Part shown: positions 19,757 to 28,586 of the stretch, piece after piece
Layout: every line of letters begins with the position of its first letter
Numbering within the stretch: the stretch's first letter is position 1
NCBI GenBank assembly: GCA_963698725.1
Contig: CAVORY010000011.1
Span: 446,499 to 510,498 of the forward strand
Origin: an uncultured Acidobacteriota bacterium
GTDB taxonomy: Bacteria > Acidobacteriota > Vicinamibacteria > Vicinamibacterales > Fen-181
DNA: 64,000 nt
Direction of reading: 5' to 3'
The notes under the pieces: generated by a model
What the model saw: the letters and a program-made list of their open reading frames with translations, nothing else
Databases searched by the model: none
What the model was told of the DNA's origin: nothing
Program-made: the position numbers and the translations under genes

Positions 19757-21775
19757 ATGTTCGACGCCACCGGTCCCGTGCCTGACGGAACGATGCCGGA
19801 GGTCCAGCGGATGCGCATCGGCGTGTTCATCTGCCACTGCGGCGGCAACATCTCGGACGTGGTGGACGTCAAGCGGGTGGCCGAAGAAGCCTCGCGCATG
19901 CCGGACGTCGCGTTCGCGACGACGCACATGTTCAACTGCTCCGACCCGGGGCAGGCGCTGATCGAGCAGAAGATTCGCGAGCATGCGCTGACGCGCGTCA
20001 TCGTCGCGGCCTGCTCGCCGACGCTTCATCAGATCACGTTCCGGCGGGCGATCGAACGCGCCGGCCTCAACCAGTACCTCTTCGAGCACGTCAACATCCG
20101 CGAGCACGTGTCGTGGGTCATCGAGGATGGCGAGGCGGCCACGGCGAAGGCGTCGCGCCTGGTGCGCGCGGCGGTCAACCGGGCTCGCCATCTCGTTCCG
20201 CTCGATCAGCGCCGCATCCCGATTCACCCGGCGGCCCTGGTCATCGGCGGCGGCGTGGCCGGGCTGATGGCGGCACGCGATCTGGCCGACCGCGGGATGA
20301 AGGTGACGCTCATCGAGAAGCGGCCGTTCCTCGGCGGCCGGATGGCCCAGCTGTGGAACCTGTTCCCGACCGGCGAGGAGGCGCGCCCGATGCTCCTCGA
20401 ACTGGTTCACGACGTCGTGAGGCACCCGCTCGTCACGGTTCTCACCGGCGCGCACGTCACCGACTCGGAGGGCGTTGTCGGCGACTTCAAGACGAAGGTC
20501 ACCATCGACCCGCGGGGCGTGGACGAGCGGCTGACCTACCCGGGCAACGCGATTGCGGCCTGCCCGGAGGAGACGATCAGCGAGTTCGACTTCGCGCTCA
20601 GCCGCCGCAAGGCGATCTATATGCCGTACCCGGGATGCTACCCGCCGATCCCGGCCATCGACTGGCACACGTGCACGAAATGCGGGAAGTGCGTGGCGGC
20701 GGTGGGCGGGAAAGGGATCAACCTCAACGCCCAGCCGCGCGAGCTGACGCTGCACTCCGGCGTCATCGTTCTGGCCACCGGCTACGACCCGTACGAGCCG
20801 CTGCTCGGCGAGTTCGGCTACGGGATCTTCCCCAAGGTGATCACCCTTCAGCAGCTGCACCGGATGCTCGACCCGGAGGGGCCGACGGCGGGCGCGCTCC
20901 CCGTGGACACCCAGAAGCCGGTCCGGATCGGATTCCTGCACTGCGTCGGCGCGCGGCAGATCGAAGGCGTGAACGCGCCGCAGCCGGACGGCAAGGTGAA
21001 GGACTACTGCGCGCGCACCTGCTGCACGGCGGCCATGCACGCGGCGGTCGCCATCAAGGAACGCCTGCCGAACGCGCAGATCACGTCGTTCTACCAGGAC
21101 ATGCGGACCTACGGCCGGGGGCACGAGGAGTACTACGAGAAGGCGTCGGAGAAGGGCGTGCTGTTCGTCCGGTACAGCCCGCGGCACCCGCCGCGCGTCG
21201 ACAAGGACCGCTCGGGCCAGTGGCCGCTGGTCGTGCGCACGAAGGACCTGCTGACCGACAACCTGGCCATCGAAGTGCCGCTGGATCTGCTGGTGCTGGC
21301 GACGGGCGTCGTGCCGCACGACATCTCCGAGCTGGTGACGATGTACTCGTGCGCGGTCGGGTACGACAGTTTCCTGCTCGAGGTGCATCCCAAGCTGAGG
21401 CCGGTCGAACTGGCGGTGTCCGGCGTGTTCCTGGCCGGCTGCTGCCAGGGGCCGATGGACGTCACCGAGGCGTGTTCGGCCGCGTCGGCGGCCGCCTCGA
21501 AGGCGGCGGCGATGATCTCGCAGGGCCAGGTGGAGATGGACCCGTTCATCGCGAGCGTCGACGAGGCGGTGTGCACCGGGTGCGCCACCTGCCTGACGGT
21601 GTGCCCGTACGACGCGATCAGCCGCGACGAAGCGAGGGGGCTGGCGATGGTGAGCGAGGCGCTCTGCACCGGGTGCGGCACGTGCGCCGCCACCTGCCCG
21701 AGCGCGGCCATCCAGCAGGCCGGGTTCAACGACGACCAGGTGCGCGCGGAGCTCGAGGTGCTGCTGGCGGGGTAG
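19757..21775 (+). CDS. hdrA: HdrA-like FAD/FeS flavoprotein (heterodisulfide reductase subunit A family)
   Basis: N-terminal Cys cluster IGVFICHCGGNI, Rossmann motif VIGGGVAGLMAARDLA, and C-terminal 2x[4Fe-4S] motifs CTGCATCLTVCP and CTGCGTCAATCP. RBS GAGGAG. Confidence 0.9.
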   Translation: MFDATGPVPDGTMPEVQRMRIGVFICHCGGNISDVVDVKRVAEEASRMPDVAFATTHMFNCSDPGQALIEQKIREHALTRVIVAACSPTLHQITFRRAIERAGLNQYLFEHVNIREHVSWVIEDGEAATAKASRLVRAAVNRARHLVPLDQRRIPIHPAALVIGGGVAGLMAARDLADRGMKVTLIEKRPFLGGRMAQLWNLFPTGEEARPMLLELVHDVVRHPLVTVLTGAHVTDSEGVVGDFKTKVTIDPRGVDERLTYPGNAIAACPEETISEFDFALSRRKAIYMPYPGCYPPIPAIDWHTCTKCGKCVAAVGGKGINLNAQPRELTLHSGVIVLATGYDPYEPLLGEFGYGIFPKVITLQQLHRMLDPEGPTAGALPVDTQKPVRIGFLHCVGARQIEGVNAPQPDGKVKDYCARTCCTAAMHAAVAIKERLPNAQITSFYQDMRTYGRGHEEYYEKASEKGVLFVRYSPRHPPRVDKDRSGQWPLVVRTKDLLTDNLAIEVPLDLLVLATGVVPHDISELVTMYSCAVGYDSFLLEVHPKLRPVELAVSGVFLAGCCQGPMDVTEACSAASAAASKAAAMISQGQVEMDPFIASVDEAVCTGCATCLTVCPYDAISRDEARGLAMVSEALCTGCGTCAATCPSAAIQQAGFNDDQVRAELEVLLAG

Positions 21776-21786
21776 GGACGGAGGGC

Positions 21787-21861
21787 GGCTCAGGGCTTAG
21801 GGCTTAGGGCTCAGGGCCTTGAGCCATGAGCCTTGAGCCATGAGCCTTGAGCCTTGAGCCT
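21787..21861. repeat. Heptamer-built hairpin (GGCTYAG units facing YTGAGCC units) inside the operon
   Basis: Left arm GGCTCAG GGCTTAG GGCTTAG GGCTCAG. Right arm TTGAGCC ATGAGCC TTGAGCC ATGAGCC TTGAGCC TTGAGCC. The arms are mutually complementary. Confidence 0.9.
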
Positions 21862-21906
21862 GGCGCCCGGGAGCGGCGGGGTCGTCCGGCGGAGGAGACA
21901 GAGCAT

Positions 21907-22422
21907 ATGACCGACACGGACATCGTGACCAGGCCGGACGAAACCGCCAAGCCGGGCGCCTGGGAGCCGCGCATCATCGCGTTCCTCTGTTACTGGTGCT
22001 CGTACACGGGCGCCGACAACGCGGGGACCGCTCGCCTGAAGTACCCGGCCAACATCGACATCATCCGCGTGATGTGCTCGGGACGCATCGACCCCGACCT
22101 CATCATGACCGCGTTCGCCAAGGGGGCGGACGGCGTGATGGTGTGCGGCTGCCACATCGGCGACTGCCACTACATCGCCGGCAACCACAAGACGATGGCG
22201 CGCATGCCGATGGTCGCGCGGGTGCTCGGGGACTTCGGCATCGAGCCGGAGCGATTCGTGCACGAGTGGGTCAGCGCCGCCGAGGGGGACAAGTTCGCGC
22301 GCCTGGTCCGCCAGGTCACCGAGCAGGTCCGGCAGGCGGGCCCGCTCAACTGGCCCGCGCGCATGCGGCAGCGCGGCGTGGGGCACGGCCAGGACCTGCA
22401 TCCCTGGGGAGAAGAGGCATGA
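21907..22422 (+). CDS. mvhD: MvhD/FlpD-type hydrogenase iron-sulfur subunit
   Basis: PRIIAFLCYWCSY...IRVMCSGRIDP...VMVCGCHIGDCHY motif set. GGAGGA RBS. Confidence 0.9.
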   Translation: MTDTDIVTRPDETAKPGAWEPRIIAFLCYWCSYTGADNAGTARLKYPANIDIIRVMCSGRIDPDLIMTAFAKGADGVMVCGCHIGDCHYIAGNHKTMARMPMVARVLGDFGIEPERFVHEWVSAAEGDKFARLVRQVTEQVRQAGPLNWPARMRQRGVGHGQDLHPWGEEA

Positions 22423-23411
22423 CTGCAAGCATCCCGGCGGCCGAACGGCAGCCCGGCAAACTCCGGATCGGGATGTACTGGGCGTCGAGTTGCGGCGGGT
22501 GCGACATCTCGCTGCTCGAGATCGCCGAACACCTGCTCGAGCTGATCGAAGTCGCCGACGTCGTCCTGTGGCCGTGCGTGGCCGACTTCAAGTACCGCAC
22601 CGTCGCCGACTACCCGGACGGGTACATCGACGTCTGCCTGTTCAACGGCGGCGTCCGCAGCTCGGAGCAGGAGGAGATCGCGCGGCTCGTCAGACGCAAG
22701 AGCCGGACGCTGGCCGCCTACGGCGCCTGCGCCATGGACGGCGGCATCCCCGCGCTCGCCAACCTGAAGTCGTCCGACGAGATCTACGACGCCGTCTATC
22801 GCACCAACCCGACGCTGTACAACCCAGGCAAGACGGAGCCGGTCGAGCGGTGGTCCACTCCCCAGGGCGACCTGACGCTCCCCCGGCTCTACCCGCAGGT
22901 TCTCCGCCTGGCGGATGTCGTCCACGTGGATTACCAGATCCCGGGGTGCCCGCCCGTCGGCGCCCAGGTCTGGAAGGTGCTGCAGGCGGTGGCGGCTGGC
23001 GAGGTGCCGGCCCGCGCCGACGCCGTCCGCATCGGCTGCGACAACCGGTCGGTGTGCGACGAGTGCCACCGCGAGAAGCGCAAGACCCGCGTGAAGGAGT
23101 TCAAGCGGCCGCACCTGGCGATCCCCGAGCCCAACTGGTGCCTGCTGGAGCAGGGATTCGTGTGCCTCGGCGCCGCCACCCGCAGCGGCTGCGGCGCGCT
23201 GTGCACGAAGGCGGAAATCACCTGCCGCGGCTGCTACGGCGCCTCGGGCCTGGCGGCCGACCAGGGAACGGCCATGCTCAGCGCGCTCGGCTCGGTCATC
23301 GACGCGACGACCGAGGACCGGGCCCGCGAGATCGTGGACGGGATCGCCGATCCGACCGGGACGTTCTATCGCTTCAGTCTGGCGTCGAGCACGCTCAAGG
23401 CCCGCCGGTGA
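22419..23411 (+). CDS. mvhG: [NiFe]-hydrogenase small subunit (group 3, MvhG-like)
   Basis: ATGA overlap with mvhD. MYWASSCGGCDISLLE proximal-cluster motif and distal Cys clusters (CDECHREK, CLGAATRSGCGALC, CRGCYG). Confidence 0.9.
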   Translation: MTASIPAAERQPGKLRIGMYWASSCGGCDISLLEIAEHLLELIEVADVVLWPCVADFKYRTVADYPDGYIDVCLFNGGVRSSEQEEIARLVRRKSRTLAAYGACAMDGGIPALANLKSSDEIYDAVYRTNPTLYNPGKTEPVERWSTPQGDLTLPRLYPQVLRLADVVHVDYQIPGCPPVGAQVWKVLQAVAAGEVPARADAVRIGCDNRSVCDECHREKRKTRVKEFKRPHLAIPEPNWCLLEQGFVCLGAATRSGCGALCTKAEITCRGCYGASGLAADQGTAMLSALGSVIDATTEDRAREIVDGIADPTGTFYRFSLASSTLKARR

Positions 23412-23430
23412 AGCACGCGAGGAGCGAACG

Positions 23431-24945
23431 ATGACGACCGCGCCGTCCACGACCACGCCGCCCTTCCGGCGGATCAGCATCGACCCGATCACCCGCCTCG
23501 AGGGGCACGGGAAGATCGACATCTTCCTCGACGCCGACGGCGAGGTGGCCGACTGCTTCTTCCAGGTGCCCGAGCTGCGCGGCTTCGAGAAGTTCTGCGA
23601 GGGCCGCCCGGTCGAGGAGATGCCCCGCATCACGCCCCGGATCTGCGGCGTCTGCCCCGAGGCGCACCTGATGGCGGCCGCCAAGGCGTGCGACGCCGTG
23701 TACAAGGTGTCGCTCCCGCTGACGGCCAAACTGATCCGCGAACTCCAGTACAACCTCTTCTACGTCACCGATCACGCGACGCACTTCTACGCGCTCGCCG
23801 CGCCCGATTTCGTCATGGGCCCCGCCAGCAACCCGGCCGAGCGGAACCTGATCGGCGTCATCCGGAAGCTCGGCGTCGAGGTCGGCCAGAAGGTCATCAC
23901 GGCCAGGAAGTGGGGCCACGAGGCGGCGGCGATCTTCGGCGGCCGCCCGGTGAACCCCGAGAACGCCATCCCGGGAGGCGTGTCGAAGCCGATTTCCGCT
24001 TCCGAGCGCGAGCGCCTCGAGGAGATCACGCGCTACATGGTCGAGTTCGCGAAGTTCACGCTGGTCGTGCTGCGCGAGCAGGTGCTGGCGAACTCCGCGT
24101 ACGTCGACCTCATTCTGAACGGACCCTACGTCCACCGGACGTACTCGATGGGCCTGGTCGACGAGAAGAACCGCACCAACTTCTACGACGGCAAGGTGCG
24201 CGTTGTCGACCCGGACGGCCACGAGCTGTGCAAGTACGCGCCGCGCGACTACGCCAAGCACATCGCCGAACGGGTCGAACCCTGGAGCTACCTCAAGTTT
24301 CCGTTCCTCACCCAGGTCGGGTGGAAGGGGTTCGTCGACGGCAAACAGTCGGGCGTCTACCGCGCCACACCGCAATCGCGCCTCAACGTCGCCGACGCGA
24401 TGAGCACACCGCTCGCGCAGGAGGCCTACGAGGAGTACTTCGAGACGCTCACCGGCGACCGCACCGGCCATACCATGGTCCACCAGACGCTGGCGATCCA
24501 CTGGGCGCGGGTCGTCGAGATGGTGAACGCCGCCGAACGCGCCGCGGAACTGGTGCGCCACCCGGAGCTCACGCACCCTGAGAACTACCGCGTGATCCCG
24601 CACGACACCCCCACCGAGGGCGTCGGCATCGTCGAAGCGCCGCGCGGCACGCTCGTGCACCACTACGTCACCGACGAGAACGGCATCGTCCGCAAAGCGA
24701 ACCTCGTGGTGGGGACGACGAACAACCACGCGGCCATCTGCATGTCGATCAAGCAGGCGGCCCAGGGGCTCATCCGGAAGGGTGTCGAGGTCAACGAAGG
24801 CGTGCTGAACATGATCGAGATGGCGTTCCGCGCGTACGACCCGTGCTTCGGGTGCGCCACCCACAGCCTGCCGGGGAAGATGCCGATGGTGGTCAGGGTC
24901 AGGGAGGCGGATGGGACGGTGATTCAGGAGACGAGCAGGGCCTAA
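23431..24945 (+). CDS. mvhA: [NiFe]-hydrogenase large subunit (group 3, MvhA-like)
   Basis: N-terminal RLEGHGKI, L1 RICGVCPEAH, and C-terminal L2 DPCFGCATHS Ni-Fe ligand motifs. Confidence 0.95.
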   Translation: MTTAPSTTTPPFRRISIDPITRLEGHGKIDIFLDADGEVADCFFQVPELRGFEKFCEGRPVEEMPRITPRICGVCPEAHLMAAAKACDAVYKVSLPLTAKLIRELQYNLFYVTDHATHFYALAAPDFVMGPASNPAERNLIGVIRKLGVEVGQKVITARKWGHEAAAIFGGRPVNPENAIPGGVSKPISASERERLEEITRYMVEFAKFTLVVLREQVLANSAYVDLILNGPYVHRTYSMGLVDEKNRTNFYDGKVRVVDPDGHELCKYAPRDYAKHIAERVEPWSYLKFPFLTQVGWKGFVDGKQSGVYRATPQSRLNVADAMSTPLAQEAYEEYFETLTGDRTGHTMVHQTLAIHWARVVEMVNAAERAAELVRHPELTHPENYRVIPHDTPTEGVGIVEAPRGTLVHHYVTDENGIVRKANLVVGTTNNHAAICMSIKQAAQGLIRKGVEVNEGVLNMIEMAFRAYDPCFGCATHSLPGKMPMVVRVREADGTVIQETSRA

Positions 24946-24989
24946 GGCTCAAGGCTCGAGGCTCAGGCCTAAGCCCTGAGCCCTGAGCC
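24943..24989. repeat. Heptamer-built hairpin starting at the mvhA stop codon
   Basis: AAGGCTC AAGGCTC GAGGCTC AGG facing CCTAAGCC CTGAGCC CTGAGCC. Confidence 0.85.
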
Positions 24990-25006
24990 AGTCGAGGAGT
25001 GCACCA

Positions 25007-26323
25007 ATGGCTGAGATGAGGGACCGGTACGACGCGCTCGTGATCGGCGGGGGCATCGCCGGCATGCAGGCAGCCCTCGACCTGGGCGAGCAGGGGTTCG
25101 AGGTGCTCCTGGTCGAGCGCACGCCGTCGATCGGCGGCGTGATGGTCGGGCTCAACAAGGTCTTCCCCACGCTCGACTGTTCGTCCTGCATCTGCACCCC
25201 CCGCATGGCGGAATCGGCGCACCACCCGCGCATCCGGCTGCAGACCTACACGGAGGTCCGGTCGGTCGAACCGGTCGGCACCGGCTTCAGCGTGGATCTC
25301 GAGTGCAAGCCGCGCTACCTCCACGAGGACACCTGCATCGGCTGCGACGAGTGCGAGCTGGCGTGCCCGATCGAGGTGCCGCACGAATTCGACTACGGCC
25401 TCGGCGCGCGGCGCGCCATCTATATTCCCCACGGGAACGCCATCCCCCAGAAGGCGGTGCTCGATCTCGAGCACTGCGTCTTCTGCGGCAAGTGCGAGAA
25501 GGTCTGCCCGACACACTGCATCGACTTCACCGCCGAGGCGAAGCACGCCCGCGTGGACGTCGGCGCCGTGATCGTGGCCACGGGCCTCGACATCCTGCCC
25601 ATGGACAGGAAGCCGGAGTACGGCGGGACGCTGCCGAACGTCATGAGCCCGCTCGCCATGGAGCGTATCCAGTCGAGCAACGGGCCCTACGGGCGCGTGC
25701 TGCGGCCGGCGGACGGCAAGATCCCGCGGTCGATCGCTTACATCCAGTGCGCTGGCAGCCGCGACCGCTCGATCGGCGTGCCGTACTGCTCGCGGGTCTG
25801 CTGCATGTACGCGCTCAAGCAGGCCCTGCTGCTGCGCCACTACATCCACGACGTCGAAGTCGCCCTCTACTACATGGACATCCGCGCGTTCGGGAAGGGC
25901 TACGAGCAGTTCTACCGGCGGGCGGTGGCCGAGGGCGTCAACGTGATCAAGGGCAAGGTGGCCCGCGTCACCCAGACGGACAACTTCGACCTGATCCTGC
26001 GCGTGGAACTGCTCGACGAGGGGGGCCGCGTCGACGAGCACCGCTACGATCTGGTCGTGCTCAGCCAGGGTCTGATCGCCGCCTGGCACCCCGACGGCGT
26101 CATCGACATCGAAGATGCCGACGACGGGTTCATCCACACGCCGGAGATCAAGCTGAACCCGTCGTTCACCACGATGCCCGGCGTCTTCGTCGGGGGCGTG
26201 GCCGCCGGCCCGAAGGACATCCCGGACGCGATTGTCGAGGCGGGCGAGGCGGCGATGGCGGCGGCCAATTACCTGAAGCGGTACCGGTGGCGTTCGAGCA
26301 GGCCGGCGGTCGCCGTCGCGTAG
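25007..26323 (+). CDS. Second HdrA-like FAD-dependent oxidoreductase with 2x[4Fe-4S]
   Basis: VIGGGIAGMQAALDLGE Rossmann motif, CSSCICTPRM, and ferredoxin motifs CIGCDECELACP and CVFCGKCEKVCP. 438 aa. Confidence 0.85.
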   Translation: MAEMRDRYDALVIGGGIAGMQAALDLGEQGFEVLLVERTPSIGGVMVGLNKVFPTLDCSSCICTPRMAESAHHPRIRLQTYTEVRSVEPVGTGFSVDLECKPRYLHEDTCIGCDECELACPIEVPHEFDYGLGARRAIYIPHGNAIPQKAVLDLEHCVFCGKCEKVCPTHCIDFTAEAKHARVDVGAVIVATGLDILPMDRKPEYGGTLPNVMSPLAMERIQSSNGPYGRVLRPADGKIPRSIAYIQCAGSRDRSIGVPYCSRVCCMYALKQALLLRHYIHDVEVALYYMDIRAFGKGYEQFYRRAVAEGVNVIKGKVARVTQTDNFDLILRVELLDEGGRVDEHRYDLVVLSQGLIAAWHPDGVIDIEDADDGFIHTPEIKLNPSFTTMPGVFVGGVAAGPKDIPDAIVEAGEAAMAAANYLKRYRWRSSRPAVAVA

Positions 26324-26371
26324 GCGAGGCCGTGAGCCCTGAGCCGTGGGCCGGAAGTATGGAGTCGCGCT

Positions 26372-26671
26372 ATGCCTGAACCAACCGCGGCGAAAGCCGA
26401 CAAGCCGAAACGAGCGATCGAGGTCCTCCGCGAGCGGCACGGCGGCATGTCGAAAGAGCTCAAGGACTACTTCAACGAGCAGCAGAAGATCTACAAGGCG
26501 CTGCGCGCCGCGCTCAAGAACGGGCCGCGCACCGTCCCGCAGCTCGCCAAGGAGTGCGGCCTACCATCGCCCACCGTCATGTGGCACCTGATGGCGCTGC
26601 GCCGCTACGGCCAGGTGCTCGACGGCCCCGAAGAGAACGGCTACCTGCGCTACACGCTTCCGGGGGCATGA
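26372..26671 (+). CDS. Small winged-helix (ArsR-like) DNA-binding protein
   Basis: 99 aa. The PRTVPQLAKECGLPSPTVMWHLMALRRYGQV helix-turn-helix is followed by a wing. The stop overlaps the next start as ATGA. Confidence 0.65.
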   Translation: MPEPTAAKADKPKRAIEVLRERHGGMSKELKDYFNEQQKIYKALRAALKNGPRTVPQLAKECGLPSPTVMWHLMALRRYGQVLDGPEENGYLRYTLPGA

Positions 26672-27867
26672 TCATGCAGCACTACAGGGTGGACCCGACG
26701 CTCGGCACAGAACTCGCCGCCTTCGGCGGCCGGACGCTCGGCCGGTGTTTCAGTTGCGGGAACTGCACGGCGGTGTGCGGGCTCTCGAAGGGCGATACCG
26801 TCTTCCCCCGGAAGATCATCCGCTACCTCCAGGTGGGCCTCTCCGACCGGCTCCTGGAATCGCCCGAGCCATGGCTGTGCTACTACTGCGGCACCTGCTC
26901 GGAGACCTGCCCGCGCGATGCCGAGCCGGGCGAGCTGATGATGGCCGCCAGGCGGTGGCTCGTCAGCCGCTACGACTGGACCGGCTTGTCCAAGCGCCTC
27001 TACCTCTCCGAGGCCTGGGAGTTCGGCCTGCTCGGAGCGATAGCCCTCTTCGTGCTGGCGCTCTTCCTCGTCCCGGGCTGGCTCGGCCTGCCCTTCGGCT
27101 TCGCGAACATCAACGAGGCCGCCACCCAGCACGTCCGCCTCGACCTCTTCGCGCCCACGCACGTCATCCACTATGCCGACTGGGCGCTGGCGGCGCTGCT
27201 CGCCGGCCTGCTCGGCACCAACGCGGCGCGCATGATCATGTTCGTGAGAAGAGGAAGCGCGGGGCTGACGATCCCGCTCTCGATCTGGCTGGGCAAGGCG
27301 CACGAGTTCGTCGTGCACGGCCTCACCCAGAAGCGATGGCTCCAGTGCGACGCCGACGCGCGGTTCAAGTGGCTGAAGCACTTCGTGCTGGTGACCGGCT
27401 ACGCCACCGTCCTGCTGCTCGTCGTCGTGTTCCTGCCGGCGTTCCAGCGCGAGGACGCCCAGTTCCACTGGACCTCACTCCTCGGCTACTACAGCACCGC
27501 CACGATCCTCGGCGTCACGGCGCTGGCCATGCGCAGCCGGCTGCAGAAGAAGGAGCAGTACCACAAGTTCTCGCACGCCAGCGACTGGACGTTCCTGGTG
27601 CTCCTCTTCCTCACCGCGCTCTCGGGCATCGTCCTCCACCTGTTCCGCCTGTTCGACATGCCCTGGCCGACCTACGTGCTCTACGTCGTCCACCTCATGA
27701 TCGCCGTCCCGATGCTCATCATCGAGGTGCCGTTCGGCAAGTGGAACCACCTGGCGTTCCGCCCGCTGGCGCAGTACCTCGTCGAAGTGCGCGCGGCGGC
27801 GCAAGCGAAGCAGCCGGCGCCGACTCAGGCGGTCCGCCATACCCCCGCCCACGTGGGCGCACGATGA
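26668..27867 (+). CDS. HdrC-like 2x[4Fe-4S] domain fused to a 5-6 TM His-rich membrane domain (NarI/DsrM/HdrE-like)
   Basis: N-terminal CFSCGNCTAVCG and CYYCGTCSETCPR motifs. Then hydrophobic helices carrying conserved-looking His (HVIHYADW, HEFVVHG, HLFRLF, VVHLMIAVP). Confidence 0.75.
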   Translation: MIMQHYRVDPTLGTELAAFGGRTLGRCFSCGNCTAVCGLSKGDTVFPRKIIRYLQVGLSDRLLESPEPWLCYYCGTCSETCPRDAEPGELMMAARRWLVSRYDWTGLSKRLYLSEAWEFGLLGAIALFVLALFLVPGWLGLPFGFANINEAATQHVRLDLFAPTHVIHYADWALAALLAGLLGTNAARMIMFVRRGSAGLTIPLSIWLGKAHEFVVHGLTQKRWLQCDADARFKWLKHFVLVTGYATVLLLVVVFLPAFQREDAQFHWTSLLGYYSTATILGVTALAMRSRLQKKEQYHKFSHASDWTFLVLLFLTALSGIVLHLFRLFDMPWPTYVLYVVHLMIAVPMLIIEVPFGKWNHLAFRPLAQYLVEVRAAAQAKQPAPTQAVRHTPAHVGAR

Positions 27868-28379
27868 CCTTGCCGGCGCGTGAACCGGGCACGACCATCG
27901 TCTTGGGTCTCGGAAACCCGGTCCGCTACGACGACGCGGTCGGGTTGCGCGTGGCGGAAGCGGTCGAGCGCCTGCTGGCCGCCGAGCCGCTGCCCGGCGT
28001 CCGCGTGGCGACGAGCACGCGGGCCGGCCTGGAGCTGATCGACCTCCTCTCGGGCGCCTCGCGCGCCGTGATCGTGGACTGCCTGGTCCGGCCGGACCCC
28101 GTGCCCGGCCGCGTCACCCGCCTCACGCTGGAGGATGTGGCCGGGTCGGCGCGGCTCGTCGGCGCGCACGACGTGACCGTCGACACCGCCTTCAGGTTCG
28201 CCCGCGCCGCCGGCGTGCCGATGCCTGGCACCGTGGACATCTACGCCGTCGAAGCCGCCGACATCGATCGGATCGAAGAGGGCCTGTCGCCTGCCGTGGC
28301 CTCGGCCGTCGACGAGGTGGCCCGCGAGATTCACCGCCGCCTGTCCTTCCCCTCCCCCTGCCGTTGCGCCGCGGTGTAA
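27864..28379 (+). CDS. Hydrogenase maturation endopeptidase (HyaD/HybD/FrhD family)
   Basis: ATGA overlap with the previous gene. IVLGLGNPVRYDDAVG, IVDC and GAHD motifs. Confidence 0.85.
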   Translation: MTLPAREPGTTIVLGLGNPVRYDDAVGLRVAEAVERLLAAEPLPGVRVATSTRAGLELIDLLSGASRAVIVDCLVRPDPVPGRVTRLTLEDVAGSARLVGAHDVTVDTAFRFARAAGVPMPGTVDIYAVEAADIDRIEEGLSPAVASAVDEVAREIHRRLSFPSPCRCAAV

Positions 28380-28586
28380 CCTATCCTCCCCGGACATTCA
28401 GAACGCATCGCGAGATGTGAGACCGCGATTCGGGATCGAGCCGGCAGGGTCGGGATGCATCTGATTCTGGAAATCACGGCACCGCAAGGACGCGTTCCCG
28501 GCCTGCGAAGCGGCCCGCGAGAGATGCGCCCGGCCCTGTTGGCGACTCAGAATCGCGGCCTCCGATTCAGTAGCCGGAGGGCCGAC

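Noticed and set aside
23431-24945. Selenocysteine or in-frame stop recoding in the hydrogenase or HdrA genes
   Set aside because: All Ni-Fe and FeS ligand positions are encoded as Cys (RICGVC, DPCFGC, CHCGG). No in-frame TGA interrupts these ORFs.
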